From positions 5,504,001 through 5,568,000 of the forward strand of contig OZ241917.1 in the NCBI GenBank assembly GCA_965203805.1: a DNA stretch of 64,000 bases. Reading direction: 5' to 3'. Shown piece by piece: positions 57,701 to 64,000 of the stretch. The first letter of the stretch is position 1, and the number at the start of each line of letters is the position of its first letter. The translations under genes were made by a program, and so were the position numbers. The notes under the pieces are model-generated. The model was not told where the DNA came from. It ran no database searches and worked only from the letters and a program-made list of their open reading frames with translations. Source of the stretch: Candidatus Latescibacterota bacterium. Lineage in GTDB: Bacteria > Latescibacterota > UBA2968 > GCA-2709665.

Positions 57701-58783
57701 GGTCATCTCCTTGAGCTTGACGAACTGCCGCACCTGCGCGGCCCGGTCGGTGGCGTCTGCCGGCTCGATCTCTCCGGCATTCAGCCGCTTCACGTAGGCC
57801 AGTTGTTCCGGCGTGCCGAACAGTCGATCGCGTACCCGTTGCGCGGTGGCGACGATATTGGCGTCGGCTTCCTTGTAGATGTCGATTTCCACGCTCTCTA
57901 CGCCGTTGACACGGGTAATGATCTCCCGATCCTTGTGACCGCGTACAACATGGCTGACGTCTTTGAGCCGGATGTCCGCACTGTTCTTCTGTCCGATGAC
58001 GAGGTTGCGGATTTCGTCGACGGTCCGGAATTCGTTCAGGGTGCGGACCATGTACTGCGTCTGGCCGTCCAGAAGACTGCCGCCGGCGAGGTTGACGTTC
58101 TCTTCGCGGAGTCGCCGGTTGATGTCGCCGATGCCAAGGCCCATCAGGGCGAGCTGCCGTTCGTTGATTTCGACGCGGATTTCCTCTTCCAGACCGCCGT
58201 GCACCCGGGCCGCGGCAACGCCTTTCATCGCCTCCAGCGCCTGCTTGATTTCTTCCTCGGCGATATGCCTCAGCGCATACAGGTCGGCGTCGCCGTACAG
58301 ACCGATCCGCATGATCGGGTCCTGCGTTGGATCGTAACGCAGGATGAGCGGTTTGTTAACGCCCCGGGGCAGGTTCAGCCGATCCAGGTTCTCCCGCACC
58401 GTCTGTACAGCGTCGTTCATTTCCGTGTCCCAGCCGAATTCGAGGATGACGTCCGACATTCCCGCCCGGGAGATGGAGACGATGCTGGCCAGATTGTTGA
58501 CGACCCCCAGCCGCTGTTCTATTTGCCTGGAAATCAGGTTTTCAACTTCCTCGGGCGCGGTATCGGGATAGTCCGTGCGGATGGTGAGGGTGGGATAGGA
58601 GATGTCCGGCATCAGGGTGAGCGGCAGCTGCTGGTAGGATATATAGCCGAAGACCGCGATAGCCAGGACGACCATAAAAATGGCCACCGGCCTCCGGGTG
58701 GTGACTTCGAACGTGCGGGAAATATGGGTTCCGGCGCGGGAAAGGGGATTTCGTGATCCGGCGCCTGCGGATTCGTCGTCCAT
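54782..58783 (-). CDS. RND efflux permease (AcrB/MdtB-like) with large insertions
   Basis: GMLVDNSIVVLE, ASTLTT, GIVVNNAIV, RLRPILMTT; 1333 aa. Confidence 0.93.
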   Translation of the reverse strand: MDDESAGAGSRNPLSRAGTHISRTFEVTTRRPVAIFMVVLAIAVFGYISYQQLPLTLMPDISYPTLTIRTDYPDTAPEEVENLISRQIEQRLGVVNNLASIVSISRAGMSDVILEFGWDTEMNDAVQTVRENLDRLNLPRGVNKPLILRYDPTQDPIMRIGLYGDADLYALRHIAEEEIKQALEAMKGVAAARVHGGLEEEIRVEINERQLALMGLGIGDINRRLREENVNLAGGSLLDGQTQYMVRTLNEFRTVDEIRNLVIGQKNSADIRLKDVSHVVRGHKDREIITRVNGVESVEIDIYKEADANIVATAQRVRDRLFGTPEQLAYVKRLNAGEIEPADATDRAAQVRQFVKLKEMTSYIAYSMPKGMQVEVLSDQSLFIKRSVDEVKQTAVIGGVLAILVLYIFLRNPSHTGIVSLAIPISIIATFAPMKLFGVSLNIMSLGGMALGVGMLVDNSIVVLESIFRCREEGDDIVTAAVRGTGEVGGAVFASTLTTVAVFFPIVFVEGVAGQVFGDMSLTVVFSLLASLAVALFFIPMLASRRIRIGGPGSGRAGSPAGGVFNSELLQFRSLVRLKELAGDRSLTELPSVVLKGLIYLPWLIFECVWRTLWVVFAIVIVILKAACVILAPVLYFPAAALVLKIRKKPAHAWRNLCAWAGNPTPFGSGIVRAIWHDLLVFNAPVPFGEGLADCVRWTWRSAGRTCRWPLRGRRLAMVPRVPAALAGVLLLVLLFVLGPLYFILRFLIFQMVSLLGKLLILLMMITFPVGVTVAALLAAVALPLLAPAIHAFDLGFGAVSRAYPPVIRWALQNRLTIVSMALLPFILCWYFLVPHIGRELIPAVHQGEFDLELSMPVGTPLERTGKTVADVESRVLKERDVARIATVVGVDKTSVSTSDQGEHTSTVTIVVSGDAANGANDVGRLWHDVRTFPNRVWAGISGNTLLAKRETDLMSRLRDRLGDLPQVTVDFSRPALFTFKTPVELEIRGYDLASLASLGRNVERALSGIPGLYDVKSSLQRGNPEVQIVYRRDLLASYGLNLRSVATLVREKVQGDVVTRFREADRRIDVLVRVDEADRSGVSDLKRLVVNPEGDAPIYLSAVADIQVREGPSEIRRIDQQRAVLISANVGGIDLGTATGLIQQALEKIDIPGDVSFVIGGQNREMQTSLQSLIFALCLAVFLVYIVMASQFESFVHPFVIIFTIPLALIGVLFILFVTGISFSVVVFLGLIMLAGIVVNNAIVFVDYINHLRASGRSRTDAIVQAGSVRLRPILMTTATTVLGLLPMALGLGEGSEIRTPMAITVVAGLISSTALTLIVIPTVYSLLDRGD

Positions 58784-58856
58784 GTACTCTGAGTCCTCGA
58801 TCAGCGGCGCCGTTTGGCAATGTCCGTACGGCTACCGCTGCCGCCCGGGGGGCGCT

Positions 58857-60050
58857 TTACGAACCGGATGTCTGCGGTTCCTGCTCGGTGGTATCGGGTT
58901 TGGCCGGTATGCGCAGGCCCTTTCCCTGGATCACCCGGACCCGGGCCAGATCCTTGAGGCCGTTCTGGCCGACGACGACGATGCTGTCGCCCCGAGCGAC
59001 GCCGCTGAGAGCTTCCAGGTTCTCGGTGTCTTCAAATCCCACGTCCAGCTGTATCTTTCGGGCGGTGCTGTCCTGAACCACGAACACATGAGGATGTCCG
59101 TCGTCGTAGACAACCGCGCGCTTGGGCACCAGCAAAGCCTCTTCGTGGGTAGCCGTGACGATTCTGGTCGTGACGAACATACCGGGCCGCAACCTTTCGT
59201 CCGCGTCGTCGATCGCCAGCGTTACCCGGAACGTACCGCTGTTCGGATCGACAACAGGGCTGATGCGAATAATGCGGCCGGGGAAATTGTCATCGGGAAG
59301 AAGATCCGTGGTGATGCGGGCAGGCTGTCCAACGGAGATGTTGGGCAGTTCTCCTCCCGGTATGTGCGCCCTGGAGATCAGGCTTTTCATGTTGACGAGC
59401 GAATACAGTTTGGTTGACGGGCCGATACGGTCGCCCAATCTGACGATCCGTTCCGCCACGACGCCGGTTATCGGAGATCGAACCCGTGCGTGGTCCAGAT
59501 CCAGCTGGGCGCGCTGCCACCGGATTTTGGCCTGTTCCAGGTCGAATTCGTTACGTTCGTACTCTTCTTTGGAGAGCAGGTTTTTGTCGAAGATCTTCTT
59601 CTGACGGTTGAAGTCGTTCTCCAGCTTGAGGTAGGCGACTTTGGCTTCCGCTTCGGCGAGCTTGAGTTCGTCGTCGACCAGGTGAACGAGGACCTGATCC
59701 ACTCGAACCCGGTCGCCTTCTTCGGCCAGTACGCGCTTGACGAGCCCGGTTCCGTGGGCGTAAACGTCCACGGTTTCTTCCGCCTCTACCTTGGCATTGT
59801 AGACCATGTATGAAGAGATCGCACCCTGTTGAACGTGATGCACCTTTACAGGAACGCCTTCCGGCGTCTTCTTTGCTTTCTCTTCAGCGGCTTTGGTCGT
59901 GTCGGTCGCCGTCGTGTCGGTCTTTGTGGAATCGGCCGCGGCGTCGGTCTTGTTCTCGCCCTCGGCTTTTTCACCGCCGCACCCGGTGAGCGCGCCGCAC
60001 GCCAAGACCGCGGCCAATAAGACAAAGCGTCCTATGATGCGGTTTTCCAT
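58857..60050 (-). CDS. RND periplasmic adaptor (MFP) lipoprotein
   Basis: LTGC lipobox, EEGDRV, VRSPITGVV, ISPVVDPNSGT, LRPGMF. Confidence 0.92.
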   Translation of the reverse strand: MENRIIGRFVLLAAVLACGALTGCGGEKAEGENKTDAAADSTKTDTTATDTTKAAEEKAKKTPEGVPVKVHHVQQGAISSYMVYNAKVEAEETVDVYAHGTGLVKRVLAEEGDRVRVDQVLVHLVDDELKLAEAEAKVAYLKLENDFNRQKKIFDKNLLSKEEYERNEFDLEQAKIRWQRAQLDLDHARVRSPITGVVAERIVRLGDRIGPSTKLYSLVNMKSLISRAHIPGGELPNISVGQPARITTDLLPDDNFPGRIIRISPVVDPNSGTFRVTLAIDDADERLRPGMFVTTRIVTATHEEALLVPKRAVVYDDGHPHVFVVQDSTARKIQLDVGFEDTENLEALSGVARGDSIVVVGQNGLKDLARVRVIQGKGLRIPAKPDTTEQEPQTSGS

Positions 60051-60273
60051 TATCCGTACATCCTTCCGGACGATGTGTGGACATTCCCGGCAACAGGCGG
60101 CATTACCGCGGAAACTTCGCCCGGCGCCGCGCCGGTTCATGCGACGCCGGTTCGGGTGAAATCTCCCACCGTCTTTGACGCTCCAGACATGCCGGATGTT
60201 TCGCAAAAAAACCACCGGGCCGCCATTCGTTCGACGGCCCGGTCTTGCGGGACGGATGTCCGATGCGCTGGTG

Positions 60274-61068
60274 TCAGCCCTCCACGGCTTTTCTGACGCT
60301 TGACGCGATTTCGGCGTAACGCCGGGAGATCGGGGATTCGGGATCGGCGGCCGAAATGGGGGCGCCGGTATCTCCGCCCCGTCGTATCCGCATGTCGAGC
60401 GGGATTTCGCCCAGCAGCGGCACGTCGTATTCGGCAGCCATTTTTCTGCCGCCCCCCTGCCCGAAGATATCGGTCCGGGTATTGCAGTTGCCGCAAATAT
60501 ACTCGCTCATGTTTTCGACGATTCCCAGAACGGGTACGTCCACCGTATTGAACATCCGGATGCCGCGACGCACGTCCTCAAGCGCCACGGACTGCGGCGT
60601 TGTGACAATGACGGCGCCGTCCAGGCGCGCGGACTGAATCAGCGTAAGCTGAACGTCGCCCGTTCCAGGCGGCAGATCGATGAGCAGATAGTCCAGCGGC
60701 GCCCACGCAACGTCCCGGAGGAACTGCAATACCATTTTGGCCAGCATCGGACCCCGCCAGATCACAGGAGCGCCCGCTTCGGTGATCAGACCGAGGGAGA
60801 TCATTTTGACGTTGTGGCGTTCGAGGGGAACAATCCCGCCGTTCGGATCCATGTCCGGTGTTTCGTCGATGCCCATCATGATCGGAACATTCGGGCCGTA
60901 GATGTCCGCGTCCATGAGACCCACCGCGGCGCCCTGGCGCGCCAGCGCCACGCAGAGATTGGCGGCCGTGGTGGATTTTCCCACGCCGCCCTTGCCGCTG
61001 GCGACGGCGACCAGGTGCCGGACACCCGGAATTGGCGCGGGCCGGGGCACGGTTGCGTTCGTATTCAA
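60274..61068 (-). CDS. Mrp/NBP35 (ApbC) Fe-S carrier ATPase
   Basis: SGKGGVGKST, DADIYGP, WRGPM, DLPPGTGD, ENMS..CxxC; GGAGG before TTG 61068. Confidence 0.93.
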   Translation of the reverse strand: MNTNATVPRPAPIPGVRHLVAVASGKGGVGKSTTAANLCVALARQGAAVGLMDADIYGPNVPIMMGIDETPDMDPNGGIVPLERHNVKMISLGLITEAGAPVIWRGPMLAKMVLQFLRDVAWAPLDYLLIDLPPGTGDVQLTLIQSARLDGAVIVTTPQSVALEDVRRGIRMFNTVDVPVLGIVENMSEYICGNCNTRTDIFGQGGGRKMAAEYDVPLLGEIPLDMRIRRGGDTGAPISAADPESPISRRYAEIASSVRKAVEG

Positions 61069-61105
61069 GACAGGGCCTCCTTCGACGTGGCCACGATTCA
61101 TGCGT

Positions 61106-62230
61106 TCAACCCGGCAGTTTGCGGCTTCTGCGAATGCAATCGGCCAGAATGGGTATGCCGCTGCGGATATCCTCGTGTGTAGCGTAACCGAATGCAAGCC
61201 TGATGTACGGTACATCCTTATTGTACACGTGGAATGCCTTGCCGGTCGCGTAGTCGATACCCATCGACTCCGCTAGCTGTTCACATGCGACGGTGTCGGT
61301 CGCGTCGGGCAGCTTGACCCAGATAAACAGACCGCCGCTGGGACGGCTGAACCACTCGAATGCGTCCGGAAAACGCGAGAGCACGTCGAACATCAGATCG
61401 CGTTTCCTCCCGACGATGGCGTTGATTCTGTCCACGTGCGACCAGAGTTCCTCTCGGAAATATTCGTAGACGATGGCCGCGCTGAGCGCACTGGTCCCTC
61501 CGTCGCGCCGGTACTGGAGAATCCGGTCGAGCAGATGCCGGGGCGCCGCGAGATAGCCCAGACGGATACCGGGTCCCAGGATTTTGGACAGAGACTCTAT
61601 GTGAATCACCGGTGTATCGTGCCCGAGTGTCCACAGGGCGGGTTCGTGGCGGTCTTCATAAACGGTGTCGGCGTAACAGTGATCTTCTACCACCGGTATC
61701 CCGTAACGGCCGGCAATGTCCAGGAGTTCCCGGCGTCGATCGACCGGCATGATCGATCCCGTGGGGTTCTGGTAGGTTGCCAGCGTGTAGATGAATTTCG
61801 GCTTTCTGTTCCGGGAAACCAGCTGGCCGAGGGTATGTTCGAGGGCGTCCATCCGCATGCCGCGCTCGTCGAGCGGGATGCCGACGAGTTCGGCCCCCTC
61901 CCTGCGATACGCGCTCAGCGTGCCCGAGTACGAGTATTCCTCGAGCACGATCACGTCGCCGGGCGAATCGACGAATACCTGCGCCATGAGCGTAACCGCC
62001 TGCATGGAGCCGGTGGTGAGTGCGATTTGATCGACTGGCAGGACGACGCCTTCCCGGCGCGCGAACCTCTGAGCCATCAGTTTCCTGAGCGGCTCGTACC
62101 CCAGCGAGCCGGGATAGGACGCCAGTTCGTCGCCCAATTCCGGGAGAATGCGCATGGCCGCTTCCGCCAGGCCCCGTTTGGGAAAGGATGCCGGATCGGG
62201 ACGGCCGCTGCCAAAGGGGAATGTTCTCAC
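61106..62230 (-). CDS. PLP-dependent class I/II aminotransferase (LysN/MocR-like, no HTH)
   Basis: GSGRPDP, YQNPTG, VEDHCY, SLSKILGPGIRLGY, GGLFIW. Confidence 0.9.
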   Translation of the reverse strand: MRTFPFGSGRPDPASFPKRGLAEAAMRILPELGDELASYPGSLGYEPLRKLMAQRFARREGVVLPVDQIALTTGSMQAVTLMAQVFVDSPGDVIVLEEYSYSGTLSAYRREGAELVGIPLDERGMRMDALEHTLGQLVSRNRKPKFIYTLATYQNPTGSIMPVDRRRELLDIAGRYGIPVVEDHCYADTVYEDRHEPALWTLGHDTPVIHIESLSKILGPGIRLGYLAAPRHLLDRILQYRRDGGTSALSAAIVYEYFREELWSHVDRINAIVGRKRDLMFDVLSRFPDAFEWFSRPSGGLFIWVKLPDATDTVACEQLAESMGIDYATGKAFHVYNKDVPYIRLAFGYATHEDIRSGIPILADCIRRSRKLPG

Positions 62231-62294
62231 TCCGTAACGATATCCTTATTTTCCAGTTATTACCAGGAGAAGTAAATGGTGGCCAGTGGTCAGT

Positions 62295-62431
62295 TAAAGG
62301 CGGTGAGAGGGTAGACGTTAGACGTGAGATGATATGATTGCGCCGTGCGGTTTCATTGCTTGCCAAAGGCATATAGGAACATCCAGTCAGGCAATGACGT
62401 CTTCTACCGTCTCCCGTCTCCCGTCTCACCG
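62295..62431 (-). repeat. Second copy of the heptamer-armed element
   Basis: Reverse complement aligns end to end with 16183-16319. Confidence 0.85.
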
Positions 62432-62485
62432 ATTTCAGGCGCCGGCATTGATCGACGGGCCGGGCGCCAAGTGTCCGCGGGCGCT

Positions 62486-64000
62486 TCAGATCCCTTTTTC
62501 CTTGCCCCGTATTCTGGGATCGAGGGTGGCGAGAAGTTGGTTATCCTCGGTGATTTCGATGGCCCGGACGTCTGCGGCCGCACTCCCCCTGCCCAGCGTG
62601 TATTTGATTTCCGACTTCAGGTAATCGGGCGCGATTTCTCCAAAACCCTCTTCAACGGCAACCCATTCGTTGCCCTCGGAGTGCACCCTTGGCGCGCTGA
62701 CCGCCCAGTCGAGGTCCTCGTCCAGCACCAGTCGCCTTGCGAGCACCTGAAACAGCGAGGACGGAATGCGGGTTCCTCCCGACGCGCCGAGTGTCATCAC
62801 CGGCTCCCCGTCGCCGAGGATGAGCATGGGGCACATGTTGTTGACGGGCGACTTGCCCGCGTCCACCGAATTGGGCAGTCCCGAGCCGGGATCGAAACGG
62901 GACATGCCGGCGTTCAAGATCAGCCCCATTCTGGGCACGGTGACAAACGAACCGAAACCAGGACCGTGGGTCAGGGTCAGGGAAGCCATATTCCGGTCGC
63001 GGTCCACGACAGAGATGTGGGTTGTGCCGCCGTACGAAAGCGGGCGCATCAGTGCCTGCCCGCGCGTTCCCTCCGATACGTGCTCCGCGATTTCGCGCCC
63101 CGTTGCCCCGATCTGGACATCGGAGGTCAGGGTTTCGAGGGGTACTTTGACGAACGCGGGGTCGCCGAAATATCGGTAGCGGTCCAGCCATGCGGCGCGG
63201 ATGGTTTCGGTCAGGCCGTGGGCGAGGCGCGCGGCGTCGCGCGCCCAGAGATCCAGTTCGGCCACTTCCGCAACGCGGCACATCTGCAGTACCGTTAGGC
63301 CGCTGGAACACAGTGGCGCGGTGTACAGATCGTAACCGAGACAGGAGGCGCGGACGGGTTCGACATGGCGGGCTTTGAAGTCCGAGAAGTCGTCTTCCGT
63401 CAGTATGCCGCCGTTTTCCCGTATATACTTGACAATTCTACCCGCGATTCTTCCCCGGTAAAATTCATCGACGCCGTTTTTCGCGACCTGCTCGAGGATC
63501 CGGCCCAGATTCGGATTGGCAGCCCTGTCCCTGGTGGTGGGCAACGAACCGTCGACCAGCAGCAGTCGTTCGGTATCGCGGGACGCGCGGATGCGTTTTT
63601 CGTTCGCCGCGACGGCGTCTGCGTAATCGGGTGAAACCCGGAAGCCGTTCTTGCATGCCCGAATGGCGGGAGCAAGCGCCTGATCCAGCGGAATTTTCCC
63701 GTATTTTTCGAGTGCCGCAGCCAGTCCGGCGAGTACGCCGGGAACGGAGACCGCGAGGCAGCCGATCTCGTTGGCGCGGTTCCTGACCAGCGACCCGAAG
63801 CGCCCGTCGGAGCGGACAACCTGGAACATCCTTCCGGTGGCGTCCCCGGGCGCGACTGTGTTGAAGTCGATGCACCCGACTTCACCGTTCAAATAGACCA
63901 TGAGGGCCCCGCCGTAGCCGCCGATACCGGCGTGGTGCGGCGTCACCACGCAGGCGAGCAGGGCCGCCGTGACGGCTGCATCAACCGCATTGCCTCCTTT
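62486..64000 (-). CDS. ggt: Gamma-glutamyltransferase (5' end outside the window)
   Basis: GGNAVDAA, GIGGYG, VSVPG, TTHISVVD (catalytic Thr), GASGGTRI, APRVH. Confidence 0.93.
   Translation of the reverse strand, partial: KGGNAVDAAVTAALLACVVTPHHAGIGGYGGALMVYLNGEVGCIDFNTVAPGDATGRMFQVVRSDGRFGSLVRNRANEIGCLAVSVPGVLAGLAAALEKYGKIPLDQALAPAIRACKNGFRVSPDYADAVAANEKRIRASRDTERLLLVDGSLPTTRDRAANPNLGRILEQVAKNGVDEFYRGRIAGRIVKYIRENGGILTEDDFSDFKARHVEPVRASCLGYDLYTAPLCSSGLTVLQMCRVAEVAELDLWARDAARLAHGLTETIRAAWLDRYRYFGDPAFVKVPLETLTSDVQIGATGREIAEHVSEGTRGQALMRPLSYGGTTHISVVDRDRNMASLTLTHGPGFGSFVTVPRMGLILNAGMSRFDPGSGLPNSVDAGKSPVNNMCPMLILGDGEPVMTLGASGGTRIPSSLFQVLARRLVLDEDLDWAVSAPRVHSEGNEWVAVEEGFGEIAPDYLKSEIKYTLGRGSAAADVRAIEITEDNQLLATLDPRIRGKEKGI

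Overview
High-GC bacterial chromosomal window. The dockerin-like DFDGDGEVGFADF tail and the WD40 secreted protein suggest a Latescibacterota/Gemmatimonadota-like lineage, which is inference only. (1) About 1-4640 is a lower-GC defence-type island: the end of a UvrD-like helicase, a small Cys protein, a type II R-M system with a controller gene, a HEPN-like ORF and HigBA. (2) A sulfur-carrier cysteine cluster (cysM-mec-cysO-rrf2-cysK) is split by three IS630-type elements stacked at one CTAG. (3) Housekeeping and catabolic genes follow: rpsT, FKBP, SDRs, pyrH-purD-purE, an M16 pair, ispH, dut, hflX, bactofilin, RND efflux, mrp and ggt. (4) A lysine riboswitch heads dapA-pckG-dapB. (5) A second island (about 47.1-52.4 kb) holds the best candidate for a new system: a BrnT toxin translationally coupled to a 1505-aa protein made of a BrnA-like antitoxin N-terminus, a sacsin/Hsp90-like GHKL ATPase and an SF2 helicase. 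Non-coding DNA contains 162-bp MITEs that share one structured core but have two unrelated types of terminal repeat, a nested 33-bp palindrome, and a dispersed heptamer-armed element. No CRISPR, rRNA or tRNA was seen. All family calls come from motifs read by eye; no database searches were run.
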